Below, one piece after another: positions 27,900 through 37,955 of a stretch of 46,550 nt of DNA. The notes below the pieces were generated by a model. That model did no database searches and had not been told where the DNA came from. It saw only the letters and a list, made by a program, of their open reading frames with translations. How positions within the stretch are numbered: the stretch's first letter is position 1; each line of letters starts with the position of its first letter. The position numbers and the translations under genes were made by a program. Origin of the DNA: Rhodoferax sp. UBA5149 (lineage in GTDB: Bacteria; Pseudomonadota; Gammaproteobacteria; Burkholderiales; Burkholderiaceae_C); NCBI RefSeq assembly GCF_002413825.1, contig NZ_DHXT01000043.1, positions 1-46,550 on the forward strand, written 5' to 3'.

Positions 27900-29870
27900 C
27901 TGAAGAATCCAACTTGGCTGCTCGTGGCCCTGGGCAGCTTCTCTGCAGGAGTGGCGCTGGCGTGGCACCACCCTTTGTGGCCCATCGCGGCGTTCGCGGT
28001 CTTTGGGCTATGGTGCGTCATGGTGGTGTGGCGTCCGGGTATCTGGCTTTTTGTGGTGCCCGCCTGCCTGCCGTTTCTGAATTTTTCACCGTGGACGGGT
28101 TGGCTCGTTTTTGAGGAGTTTGACCTCCTGTTACTGGGGGCGTTGGCGGGCGGTTATGGCCGTTTGGCTTGGTCGTCCCGTGCCGGCGCGCAGACCAGAA
28201 TGCCAGCGGTTTTGTTGGGGCTGTTGGCTCTGATGGGGGGCTCGGGTCTGTTAGCCCTGTACCGTGGATTTTTGGATGCAGGTGGCTTTGCCTTTGACTG
28301 GTTTGCCGGGTATGTCGATGCGCTGAACAGTTTGCGCGTGTTCAAGAGTCTGGGTTTTTCGATGCTTTTCATTCCCTTGCTGCAGCAGGAAATTGGCAAT
28401 TCCAGAGCGCTGGCGGGTCAGCGTCTGGCGACCGGCATGGTGGCGGGGCTGACCGTGGTCACGCTGGCGGTTTTATGGGAGCGCGCGGCATTTCCCGGGC
28501 TACTGGATTTTTCTACGAACTACCGCACGGTCGCCCTGTTTTGGGAGATGCATGTGGGGGGCGCGGCGATTGACGGCTACCTGGTTTTGACGGCACCTTT
28601 TGTCGCATGGGCTTTGTTTTCTGCGCGTCGCCCCGTGGTCTGGGCCACCGCCGCCGCGCTCGCTTTGCTGACGGGCTATGCTTGCTTGACGACCTTTGCA
28701 CGTGGTGTCTATCTTGCCCTTGCGGCGCCGTTGGCACTGCTGGGCGTGTTGCTCTGGGCCCAAAAGGCTGACTTCAACGCGCGGGCTTTTTGGGGGCATG
28801 TAGGGCGACGCTACCGACCCGAGGGCTGGCGTGCGAAGGCCGGCCTGATGCTGATGCTGGCACTGACGGCAGAGTTGGTGGCGGTGCTCGGTGGCGGTTC
28901 GTTCATGATGGAGCGCCTGGCCAGCACGGATCGTGACTTCGGTAGCCGCGTTGCGCATTGGCAGCATGGCCTTGATTTGCTGGATGGCCCGGCCGACTGG
29001 CTGCTGGGAAAGGGCCTGGGACGTTTCCCGGCAAATTACGCGGCGCATGTTCCTCAAGGTGAATTTTCGGGTGATGTGAAGTTGCGCGATGAGTCGGTGC
29101 CGGGCGGCGGCGTAAACGGTTTTTTGACTATGCGCGGGCCTAACACCATGAAAATATTGGGGGGGCAGTTTGCCTTGACGCAACGGGTGGGTCAGGTGTC
29201 GAAGGGAAGACATAGGGTTAGTCTGGATATTCGGGTGCAGAAGGATGCCGATATTTACCTGGAGCTGTGCGAAAGGCATTTGCTCTATGACCGTAATTGC
29301 CAGTCGGTCTTCATTCGCGTTGTCGCGGACAAAACGGCGGGCACGACGTCGTGGCGCACCTTTGTATTGCCGCTCAAAGGTTCGACGTTGGCGGGTGGCT
29401 TCTGGCATGCACCCCGCTTGGGCATGTTGTCGCTGTCGGTGGTTAACGCGGGCGGGGTTGCTGATTTCGACAACGTGCGGCTGATCGGGCCGCGTCGTGA
29501 GTCATTGCTTGAGAATGGTGACTTCTCCAAGGGACTGGTGCACTGGTTCCCGGCCGCACAGGCCTATTTTTTGCCGTGGCATATGGATAACTTGTTTCTG
29601 GAAGTGCTGTTTGAACGCGGGGTGGCCGGTTTGCTGCTTTTTGCCGCGCTGATGGCGTATGCGCTATGGCATCTGGTGTTCGGGCGCGCCCGGGCGCTCG
29701 CATTGTCCCCCTACCTGGCCGCTTCACTGTGCGCGGCGTTGCTGGTGGGGCTGGTGAGTAGTTTGATGGATGTGCCTAGAGTGGCGTTTCTGCTTTATTT
29801 TTTGACACTGTTTTCGATTCAAACAGCGCAAGAAGTGGGATGTCAAAATCTGCCGAAAATCAAGGTCTAA
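27900..29870 (+). CDS. O-antigen ligase-like membrane protein with an inserted soluble beta domain
   Basis: Many TM helices; FWEMHVGGA, TFARG, LGKGLGRFP, HMDNLFLEVLFERG; soluble insert ending LLENGDFS; start probably CTG 27900 (uncertain). Confidence 0.7.
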   Translation: MKNPTWLLVALGSFSAGVALAWHHPLWPIAAFAVFGLWCVMVVWRPGIWLFVVPACLPFLNFSPWTGWLVFEEFDLLLLGALAGGYGRLAWSSRAGAQTRMPAVLLGLLALMGGSGLLALYRGFLDAGGFAFDWFAGYVDALNSLRVFKSLGFSMLFIPLLQQEIGNSRALAGQRLATGMVAGLTVVTLAVLWERAAFPGLLDFSTNYRTVALFWEMHVGGAAIDGYLVLTAPFVAWALFSARRPVVWATAAALALLTGYACLTTFARGVYLALAAPLALLGVLLWAQKADFNARAFWGHVGRRYRPEGWRAKAGLMLMLALTAELVAVLGGGSFMMERLASTDRDFGSRVAHWQHGLDLLDGPADWLLGKGLGRFPANYAAHVPQGEFSGDVKLRDESVPGGGVNGFLTMRGPNTMKILGGQFALTQRVGQVSKGRHRVSLDIRVQKDADIYLELCERHLLYDRNCQSVFIRVVADKTAGTTSWRTFVLPLKGSTLAGGFWHAPRLGMLSLSVVNAGGVADFDNVRLIGPRRESLLENGDFSKGLVHWFPAAQAYFLPWHMDNLFLEVLFERGVAGLLLFAALMAYALWHLVFGRARALALSPYLAASLCAALLVGLVSSLMDVPRVAFLLYFLTLFSIQTAQEVGCQNLPKIKV

Positions 29871-29989
29871 TAGCTTGATTTCCAGCACAAAGCCTAGGAT
29901 GGTTTTTTCTCGATTGCTTGAGAAAAATCAAGCGCTTAAGAGCTGGTCAAGGCAGACTCGATCTTGAGTGGGGAAAGTGGAGCTTGAAC

Positions 29990-31372
29990 GTGATAAAAAT
30001 ATTCAATCATTATTTTCATAAGCGTACGCTTTTACAAATCTTTTTTGATCTTGGCTTGGTGGTCGCTGCCGTGGTGGTATCTGTTCTGTCCCAGGTGGCA
30101 GATCCGGCTTCAGTCTCGTCCATGGTTGTGACCATGGCTGTCTTGTTGGCCGGTGCCATCGTGGTCATCAATGCGAGTCTCGGTTTTTACCAGCGCGTAC
30201 ATAGTTGCACGCTGGGGCAGACGCGTGCGCGCGCCGTGCTGTCGTTGTGCCTTTCGTTGCCCTTAGCCTACGGGATTTTTCATCTTTCGCCTCTCAGGTT
30301 GACGGATGAACGGGTTTTTACGTTGGCATTGGTGGCTGCGGTGATCGTTATGCTGATGCACAGGATTTATGTGACCCACGCCACGCCAAGGGCCCGGATG
30401 CGGCAACGTGTATTGGTCTTTGGTTCGGGTGCGCGTGCCAAACTGGTTGGTAAAATACTGAAAAATTCAGATCCCAACGTTGACTTGGTAGGGTATTACG
30501 CCAGCCCTAATGAGACCGTGACCGAGGTCTCCGCATGGGGGCTTTTGTCACGCGAAAAGTCGCTGACTGATATTGTGCTGGAAGAGCAGGTTGATGAGAT
30601 CGTGGTCGCATTGTCCGAGCGTCGCGGCGGCAGTATGCCTTTGCGTGAATTGCTGGATTGCAAGCTTCAGGGTGTGCGGGTAGTCGACATTGCAACCCAT
30701 TTTGAAAAAACATTGGGACAGATCAGGCGTGACTCAGTGTCTGCGGGCTGGCTTATTTTTGGTGACGGATTTGAACAAGGGCTGGTTCGCACCATGGTCA
30801 AACGCCTTTTTGACATTGTGTGTGGGACGATATTGATCGTGTTGGCATTGCCCATCATGTTGTTGACTGGGATTTTGATTTTTCTGGAGAGTGGGGGGCC
30901 CGTTTTGTACCTGCAGGAGCGCGTGGGTTTGAACGGACGACTCTTCAATGTGGTGAAATTTCGCAGCATGCGCACCGATGCCGAAAAAGACGGAAAACCA
31001 CGTTGGGCGTCGGCGACTGACGACCGCGTCACGCGGGTTGGCCGGGTAATCCGCAAACTCCGAATTGATGAGTTGCCGCAGCTGTTCAGCGTGCTGGGTG
31101 GCGATATGAGTTTGGTCGGGCCGCGTCCAGAGCGGCCTTATTTTGTGGACAAGCTAACGCAAGAACTTCCGTATTACGCGGTGCGCCAGAGTGTCAAGCC
31201 AGGCGTCACGGGGTGGGCGCAAGTTCGATACCACTATGGGGCTTCTGTCGAGGATTCGGCTGAAAAACTTCAGTATGACCTCTACTATGTCAAAAACCAC
31301 ACCCTGTTTCTTGACCTTGTCGTTCTTTTTGAAACTGTAGGTGTTGTCGTGATGGGCAAGGGTGCGCAGTAA
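29990..31372 (+). CDS. Priming sugar transferase, PEP-CTERM system (TIGR03013-like)
   Basis: KRLFD, QERVG, KFRSM, RIDELPQL, GDMSLVGPRPERP, KPGVTGWAQV, YDLYY. Confidence 0.95.
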   Translation: MIKIFNHYFHKRTLLQIFFDLGLVVAAVVVSVLSQVADPASVSSMVVTMAVLLAGAIVVINASLGFYQRVHSCTLGQTRARAVLSLCLSLPLAYGIFHLSPLRLTDERVFTLALVAAVIVMLMHRIYVTHATPRARMRQRVLVFGSGARAKLVGKILKNSDPNVDLVGYYASPNETVTEVSAWGLLSREKSLTDIVLEEQVDEIVVALSERRGGSMPLRELLDCKLQGVRVVDIATHFEKTLGQIRRDSVSAGWLIFGDGFEQGLVRTMVKRLFDIVCGTILIVLALPIMLLTGILIFLESGGPVLYLQERVGLNGRLFNVVKFRSMRTDAEKDGKPRWASATDDRVTRVGRVIRKLRIDELPQLFSVLGGDMSLVGPRPERPYFVDKLTQELPYYAVRQSVKPGVTGWAQVRYHYGASVEDSAEKLQYDLYYVKNHTLFLDLVVLFETVGVVVMGKGAQ

Positions 31373-31424
31373 TATGGTTTTCACTTCGGTCGTGGGGAGA
31401 CGCCAATGCCGCAGTTGTTGATCC

Positions 31425-33536
31425 ATGGATAGCGGTAATCTTGTCTTGAGCGCGTGGGGTTATGGCTTGGTGGGATTGGCCTATTCGGCTTTTGCGTTGC
31501 GGCTACTCCAACTCGGCTATTTGCGCTCCGCGCGTGAGTTGTCCAAAACCACGGTGCTCGCGGCGGTGACGTGGACTGCCCTGTGGGGGTGGTTTGGACT
31601 GGCGCTGCTATTTACTGGAAAGCCATTATTTTTATGGTTCAGCACCTTGTCTGATCTGCTTCGGTACGGTTGCTGGTATGCCCTTTTGTTAGTTTTGTTG
31701 CGACCGAATCGGACGCACGGAGCGCCCGCCGGCATGGCTTGGATGGCTCCTGTTGCTGTTGCCGTGGTGTTTTTTGGACTGCTGGCGCTTTCTTTCGCCG
31801 CGCTACGTATCAGTGTTTTGGGCGACACCTCAAGATTGATCCTGTTCAGTTCGATGGCTTCATCGGTTCTTGCCATGGTCTTGCTTGAGCAGGTGTTCCG
31901 AAATGTCGCGGAAGATTCGCGCTGGAACATCAAACCCTTGTGCCTTGGCCTGGCCGGTGCGTTTTTATTTGACTTGTATTTGTTTTCACAGGCCGTTCTG
32001 TTCAACCGCTTCGACGCAGATGCCCTCAGCATCCGTGGGGCGGTGCATACCTTAATCGCCCCGCTGTTGTTGCTTTCGATTACCCGGCGTAGCGACTGGA
32101 TATCAACCATCCGTCTTTCGCCCAGGGCGGCCTTTCATTCGGCAACACTGTTGATCGCGGGCATCTATTTGATATTCATATCGGGGGTCGGTTACTACGT
32201 TCGCTATTTTGGAGGCGAATGGGGGCGGGCACTTCAGTTGGGCTTGGTATTTTTTGCGCTGGTGATTCTGGTGGTTCTGGGGCTGTCTGGCTCCGTGCGT
32301 GCCAAGCTTCGCGTGTTTTTGGGTAAGCACTTTTTCCGCTACCGCTTTGATTACCGTGAGGAATGGTTGAAGTTCACGCGCACCTTGTCGGCCAAAAATT
32401 CCCCGCAGGAAATGGGACAGCAGGTGATTCGTGGCTTGGCGGACATGCTGGAGAGTCCGGCAGGGGGACTGTGGATGAAGACCAAAGGAGAGACTGCATT
32501 CAGTCAAACGGCTCGCTGGAATCTGGCACAAACGCTGGAAAAAGAAGATGCCAATTCGCCTCTGTGTCAGTTCATGATGACCAGCGGTTGGGTTATCAAC
32601 CTGGAGGAGTACCGCTCCTATTCCCGGCGCTATGGGCAATTGAAACTACCGACGTGGTTGCAGGAGCTGGCGCAGGCGTGGCTGGTCGTGCCGCTTATGG
32701 TGGGGGAGGAACTGATCGGCTTCTGTGTGCTGGCCAGTGCGCGCACGCGTGTGGACGTGAATTGGGAGGTCAATGACTTGTTGAAAACGGCGGGTCAGCA
32801 GGCGGCCAGCTTTTTGGCACAGATGCAGGCCACCGAGGCACTGCTGGAGGTGCGCAAGTTTGATGCATTCAATCGGATGTCGGCCTTTGTGGTGCACGAT
32901 TTGAAAAACATTGTGACGCAGCTCTCGCTGATGATGAAAAACGCCAAACGCCTGGGCGACAACCCGGAATTTCAACAAGACATGTTGATGACGGTTGAGA
33001 ATTCACTGGACCGAATGCGCCAGTTGATGCTCCAGTTACGCGAGGGGGCCACGCCGCCAGGGACGGCATTTGGTGTGAACTTGGGTGGAATCATTCAACG
33101 CATTGAGGCCGTCGCAGCAGGGCGGGGCAGAACGCTTGAGGTTCAGTTGTTGGAGTCGGTCGTTACGCGCGGCCATGAGGAACGATTGGAGCGGATCATT
33201 GGACACGTGGTGCAGAATGCTTTTGATGCCACGGATCCTTCTGGGCGCGTCTGGCTCAATCTTGATCGTTCAAGCGGGCAGGCCAGAATTGTGGTGGGTG
33301 ACACGGGCCAGGGCATGTCTCAGGATTTCATTCGGGATCGCCTGTTCAAGCCCTTTCAGACCACGAAGCAGGCCGGGATGGGCATTGGTGCCTATGAAAG
33401 CTTCCAGTATGTGCAGGAATTGGGAGGGCGAATTGAGGTTGACAGCGAACTCAACAAAGGAACCACCGTCAAAATGCTCTTGCCCTTGTTTGAAAATCAG
33501 AAGGAATCAGACCTTCACTCGCTGGAAGCCACATGA
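31425..33536 (+). CDS. prsK: PEP-CTERM system histidine kinase
   Basis: N-terminal TM bundle, KHFFRYRFDYREEW, GAF region, H-box FVVHDLKN, DTGQG, GMGIG. Confidence 0.95.
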   Translation: MDSGNLVLSAWGYGLVGLAYSAFALRLLQLGYLRSARELSKTTVLAAVTWTALWGWFGLALLFTGKPLFLWFSTLSDLLRYGCWYALLLVLLRPNRTHGAPAGMAWMAPVAVAVVFFGLLALSFAALRISVLGDTSRLILFSSMASSVLAMVLLEQVFRNVAEDSRWNIKPLCLGLAGAFLFDLYLFSQAVLFNRFDADALSIRGAVHTLIAPLLLLSITRRSDWISTIRLSPRAAFHSATLLIAGIYLIFISGVGYYVRYFGGEWGRALQLGLVFFALVILVVLGLSGSVRAKLRVFLGKHFFRYRFDYREEWLKFTRTLSAKNSPQEMGQQVIRGLADMLESPAGGLWMKTKGETAFSQTARWNLAQTLEKEDANSPLCQFMMTSGWVINLEEYRSYSRRYGQLKLPTWLQELAQAWLVVPLMVGEELIGFCVLASARTRVDVNWEVNDLLKTAGQQAASFLAQMQATEALLEVRKFDAFNRMSAFVVHDLKNIVTQLSLMMKNAKRLGDNPEFQQDMLMTVENSLDRMRQLMLQLREGATPPGTAFGVNLGGIIQRIEAVAAGRGRTLEVQLLESVVTRGHEERLERIIGHVVQNAFDATDPSGRVWLNLDRSSGQARIVVGDTGQGMSQDFIRDRLFKPFQTTKQAGMGIGAYESFQYVQELGGRIEVDSELNKGTTVKMLLPLFENQKESDLHSLEAT

Positions 33537-34894
33537 CATCCGAAAGAACACGTTCGTTGCTGATCGTTGAAGACGATCTGGCCCTGCAAAAGCAGATCAA
33601 GTGGTCGCTCGACCGGTTTGACTCGGTGACAGCCCATGACCGGGAAAGCGCCTTGCTGCAATTGCGCAAAAGCACACCTGCGGTGGTGACGATGGACTTG
33701 GGACTGCCGCCTGACGCGGACTCGGTGTCCGAAGGATTCAGACTGCTTGAGCAAATGATTGCTTTCGACCCGGACATCAAGGTGATTGTTCTGACGGGAC
33801 AGAACGATCAGGCCAATGCTTTGCGTGCCGTGGCCATGGGTGCTTATGATTTTTTCGCAAAGCCGTTCGAGCCCGAGTTGCTCAACCTGACCGTTGAACG
33901 CGCCTTCAGGTTGTTCGAACTGCAAAGCGAAAATCGGCGGCTGCACTCGCTGTATCAACCGGATGCCTTGTCGGGGTTGATGACGCGTGACCCGGAGGTA
34001 TTGCGCATCTGCCGCACGATTGAAAAAGTGGCAAGCAGCAACGCCACGGTCATGCTGCTGGGCGAAAGTGGAACGGGGAAGGAAGTGCTGGCGCGTGGCC
34101 TGCATCAGGCGTCACCCCGGCGGGCTGGCAAATTTGTTGCCATCAACTGCGCCGCCATCCCGGAGAATCTGCTGGAGAGTGAGCTATTTGGTTTTGAAAA
34201 AGGTGCTTTCACCGGTGCGGCGAAAATGACGCTGGGCAAGATCGAAACGGCCAATGGTGGAACCTTGATGCTTGACGAGATTGGGGATTTACCCTTTTCA
34301 TTGCAGGCCAAACTGTTGCGGTTCTTGCAGGAAAGAGTCATCGAGCGCGTGGGTGGTCGGCAAGAAATACCGGTGGACGTCCGGATCGTTTGTGCCACCC
34401 ATCAGGATTTGAATGCGTTGAGCAAGGAAGGCCGGTTTCGCGAGGATTTGTATTACCGACTGGCTGAGATTGTCGTCAACATTCCGCCGCTGCGTGCCCG
34501 CGTGGGCGATGCGGCGTTACTGGCGCATGCCTTTGTCCGGCGTTTTGGACAAGAGCAAAATCGATCTTCCATGACGCTCAGCGAAGACGCTGTCAGGGCG
34601 GTTGAATTGCACCCGTGGCCAGGCAACATTCGCGAGTTGGAAAATTGCATCAAACGCGCCACCATCATGGCGGAAGGTAGCCAGATTTCTTGCGAAGATC
34701 TGGGTTTGAAAAATACGGCCTTGGATGAAGTTGACGGTTCACTGGATCTGCGCCTGATTCGTGACAACGCCGAAAAACGGGCAATTATTGCGGCCTTGGG
34801 TCGCGTCAACGGAAATATGGTCAAGGCGGCTGAATTGCTTGGGGTGAGTCGGCCCACGCTATACGATTTGATGCACCGGCTGGCTTTGAAGTAG
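33533..34894 (+). CDS. prsR: PEP-CTERM-box sigma54-dependent response regulator
   Basis: Receiver MDLGLPP, GESGTGKE, GAFTGA, WPGNIRE, Fis-type HTH GVSRPTLY. Confidence 0.95.
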   Translation: MTSERTRSLLIVEDDLALQKQIKWSLDRFDSVTAHDRESALLQLRKSTPAVVTMDLGLPPDADSVSEGFRLLEQMIAFDPDIKVIVLTGQNDQANALRAVAMGAYDFFAKPFEPELLNLTVERAFRLFELQSENRRLHSLYQPDALSGLMTRDPEVLRICRTIEKVASSNATVMLLGESGTGKEVLARGLHQASPRRAGKFVAINCAAIPENLLESELFGFEKGAFTGAAKMTLGKIETANGGTLMLDEIGDLPFSLQAKLLRFLQERVIERVGGRQEIPVDVRIVCATHQDLNALSKEGRFREDLYYRLAEIVVNIPPLRARVGDAALLAHAFVRRFGQEQNRSSMTLSEDAVRAVELHPWPGNIRELENCIKRATIMAEGSQISCEDLGLKNTALDEVDGSLDLRLIRDNAEKRAIIAALGRVNGNMVKAAELLGVSRPTLYDLMHRLALK

Positions 34895-34931
34895 TTTGCT
34901 TCAGCCCGATATTTATTCTCAGGGTACAGAT

Positions 34932-37706
34932 ATGAACTCCAAAAAATCAAAAACTCGCATGACCCTGTCGGCTTTGCTGGTGTCATTGCTGCTGGTCGCT
35001 TGTGGCGACAAGCCGGAAGCCATGCTGGTCTCGGCCAAAGACTATTTAGCGAAGAACAATAGCAAGGCTGCGATCATTCAGATCAAGAATGCGTTGCAGA
35101 GCAATCCGAACCTACCCGAGGCACGCTTTTTGTTGGGTAACGCGCTTCTGGATGGTGGAGACCCGGTTGGCGCGGAAACTGAGCTGCGCAAAGCGCTTGA
35201 CCTGAAACACCCGCAAGATGCGGTGGTTCCACAATTGGCCAAAGCCCTTCTCGCGCAAGGGCAAGCTAGGAAACTGACGGATGAATTTGCCAAAATTGAA
35301 TTGAGCCAAAGCGCCGCCAAAGCCAGTCTCCAGATGTCGCTTGCCTCTGCCTATGCCATGCAGGCGAATACTGAGCTTTCACAGGCGGCCTTGAACGCTG
35401 CCTTGCTGGCTGTGCCTGGCTATGCGCCGGCCCTGATCATGCAGGCCCGACAGAAGGCCGGACGGCGAGACTTTGATGGCGCGCTAGCGACGGTAGATGA
35501 AGTGATTGCAAAGTCTCCCCAGAGCTATGACGCCTGGAAACTCAAGGGTGACATATTGCTGTTTGCGAAAAATAATGTCAGTGATGCATTGGCGGCCTAT
35601 CGCAAAGCGGTTGAAATCAAGCCAGATTTTCTGGCGGGCCATGCAGCCGTGACAACGATGTTGCTGCAACAAGGCAATCTAGCCGAAGCTGCAGTGCAAA
35701 TTGAACAATTGAAAAAATTTGCTGCCAATCATCCACAAACCAAATACCTTGAGGCCCAACTGGCGTTTCAAAAGAAAGATTTCAAATTGGCCAGAGATCT
35801 GGTGCAGCAGGTTCTGAAAGCTTCCCCAACGAACATTCAGGGATTGCAGTTGGCCGGGGCAGTGGAGCTTCAACTCAATTCACTGCTGCAGGCGGAAGGC
35901 TTTTTGAGCAAGGCCGTGCAAGCCGCACCCAAGCTGGCGTTAGCCCGTCGCTTGCTGATCGTGACCTATCTGCGCTCAGGGCAACCGGCCAAGGCGATGG
36001 CGACCTTGCTCCCGGGCCTGAACCGAGAGAACGTCGATCCCGAGTTGATTTCGGTGGCCGGCGAGGTTTATCTGCAAAATGGCGATGTCAAGAAGGCAGA
36101 GGAATACTTTACGAAGGCCAGCCAGCAGGCGCCTGCGGACGCAAGAAAGCGAACATCCCTGGCGTTGACCCATTTGATGACCGGTCCGGCGGACGCTGCT
36201 TTCGAAGAGTTGGAGGGAATTGCGGTTTCTGACACGGGTACGACCGCAGACCTGGCCCTGATTAGTGCGCACTTGCGGCGGCAAGAGTTTGATAAGGCTT
36301 TGAAGGCCATCGATGGTCTTGAGAAGAAGCAGCCTGACAAGCCGTTGGCAGCCCAATTGCGGGCCAGAACACTGTTAGCCAAACGAGACATTGCCGGTGC
36401 GAGAAAGAGCTTTGAGCGTGCTTTGACGATTGACCCCACTTACTTTCCGGCAGTGGCCAGTCTGGCAGGGCTGGACGTGGCGGACAAGAAGCCTGAGGAC
36501 GCAAAAAAGCGATTCGAGGCCGTGCTCACGAAAGATCCGAAAAATAGCCAGGCGTTGTTGGCGCTTGCTGAGATCGCGGCCAGCTCGGGGGCTGCAAAAG
36601 ATGAGGTTGCCAAGCTGATTGGCAATGCGGTGTCGGTCAACCCTACTGACGCGGCTTTACGTTTGTTGTTGATCGATTTCTACCTGCGCAATCAGGATGT
36701 CAAAGCCGCTTCTTCGGCCGCCCAAAATGCATTGGCTGCGCTGCCAAACAGTCCCGAGGTGCTCGATGCGTTGGGCCGCACTCAACAAGCGTCTGGGGAA
36801 TATAACCAGGCCATTGCCACCTATAACAAGTTGGCCAGCATGCAGCCGCTGTCACCGCAACCTTATATGCGCTTGGCGGATGTCCATTTGGCTGAAAAAA
36901 ACAAGGAAGCCGCGGCCCAAAGTCTTCGCAAAGGGCTTGAGATCAAGCCGGATCTTCTGGATGCGCAACGCGCCTTGATCGCGCTCGACCTGGATGCGAA
37001 GAGAGTTCCGGATGCGCTGACGACTGCGAGCACGGTGCAAAAGCAACGGCCTAAGGAGGCAGTGGGCTACGTGCTGGAAGGTGATATTTACGCCGCGCAA
37101 AAGAACTGGGATGGCGCTGCAGCGGCTTATCGTGGTGGACTGAAGCAGTCGAATTCGTCTGAGCTGGCGTTGAAGTTGCACTCTGTTTTTCTTGCCTCTG
37201 GCAAGGGAGCGGAAGCGGACAAGTTCGCATCTACCTGGCAGAAGGACAACCCCAAAGATGCGGCCTTTCTGCTTTATCTGGGTGACGGCGCTATTGCGCG
37301 CAAGGACTACGGCAATGCCGAAAGGAATTATGCGGCAGTGATCAAGTTGCAACCCAATAACGCGGTTGCGTACAACAATCTGGCATGGGTAAGCGCAAAG
37401 TTAAGTAGGGGGGGCGCTATCGCCTATGCCGAGAAGGCAAATACCCTGGCGCCAAATCAGGCGGCTTTCATGGACACCTTGGCGATGTTGCTGTCTGACA
37501 AGGGCGACTATGCGAAGGCGGTGGAACTCCAAAACAAAGCGTTGGCGCTGCAGCCGCTGAACTCATCGTTGAAACTCGACCTGGCAAAAATCCATATCAA
37601 AGGCGGGAAGAAGGATTTGGCGAAGAAGGAACTGGATGAGCTGAGCAAACTGGGCAATAAGTTCCCGGCACAAGCTGAAGTTACAGCGCTCTTGGCGCGG
37701 CTATAA
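34932..37706 (+). CDS. prsT: PEP-CTERM system TPR-repeat lipoprotein
   Basis: Lipobox LVAC; AIIQIKNALQ; TPR repeats throughout; position after prsK-prsR. Confidence 0.93.
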   Translation: MNSKKSKTRMTLSALLVSLLLVACGDKPEAMLVSAKDYLAKNNSKAAIIQIKNALQSNPNLPEARFLLGNALLDGGDPVGAETELRKALDLKHPQDAVVPQLAKALLAQGQARKLTDEFAKIELSQSAAKASLQMSLASAYAMQANTELSQAALNAALLAVPGYAPALIMQARQKAGRRDFDGALATVDEVIAKSPQSYDAWKLKGDILLFAKNNVSDALAAYRKAVEIKPDFLAGHAAVTTMLLQQGNLAEAAVQIEQLKKFAANHPQTKYLEAQLAFQKKDFKLARDLVQQVLKASPTNIQGLQLAGAVELQLNSLLQAEGFLSKAVQAAPKLALARRLLIVTYLRSGQPAKAMATLLPGLNRENVDPELISVAGEVYLQNGDVKKAEEYFTKASQQAPADARKRTSLALTHLMTGPADAAFEELEGIAVSDTGTTADLALISAHLRRQEFDKALKAIDGLEKKQPDKPLAAQLRARTLLAKRDIAGARKSFERALTIDPTYFPAVASLAGLDVADKKPEDAKKRFEAVLTKDPKNSQALLALAEIAASSGAAKDEVAKLIGNAVSVNPTDAALRLLLIDFYLRNQDVKAASSAAQNALAALPNSPEVLDALGRTQQASGEYNQAIATYNKLASMQPLSPQPYMRLADVHLAEKNKEAAAQSLRKGLEIKPDLLDAQRALIALDLDAKRVPDALTTASTVQKQRPKEAVGYVLEGDIYAAQKNWDGAAAAYRGGLKQSNSSELALKLHSVFLASGKGAEADKFASTWQKDNPKDAAFLLYLGDGAIARKDYGNAERNYAAVIKLQPNNAVAYNNLAWVSAKLSRGGAIAYAEKANTLAPNQAAFMDTLAMLLSDKGDYAKAVELQNKALALQPLNSSLKLDLAKIHIKGGKKDLAKKELDELSKLGNKFPAQAEVTALLARL

Positions 37707-37709
37707 ATA

Positions 37710-37803
37710 TGTCGATATTTCTTACATTCGTTGATCTGCTTGCGCATATTTAAAGAAATATTTATACAAATCAATAACTTAATTCTTAGGCATGAAATAT
37801 GCG
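37710..37803 (+). promoter_or_regulatory. Enhancer box + IHF site + sigma54 promoter for the downstream operon
   Basis: TGTCGATATTTCTTACA (37710-37726); exact IHF consensus AATCAATAACTTA (37769-37781); GG-CATGAAATAT-GC (37789-37802). Confidence 0.75.
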
Positions 37804-37955
37804 TATGTATTGCATCATGGGGGTAAGGCAAGCTCAGGATGCCTGGGAACTCCTTTGGAAAAGGCCGACATGGATATCTGTCATGTGGTGCATGTGTGCG
37901 AGCGGAGAGTTCGATCGGATTTCATCCCGCGGACATGAATTAGTGAGGTAAGTTT

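Noticed and set aside
34932-37706. Repetitive sequence in prsT as a DNA repeat or array
   Set aside because: Protein-level TPR repeats only; no regular nucleotide repeat
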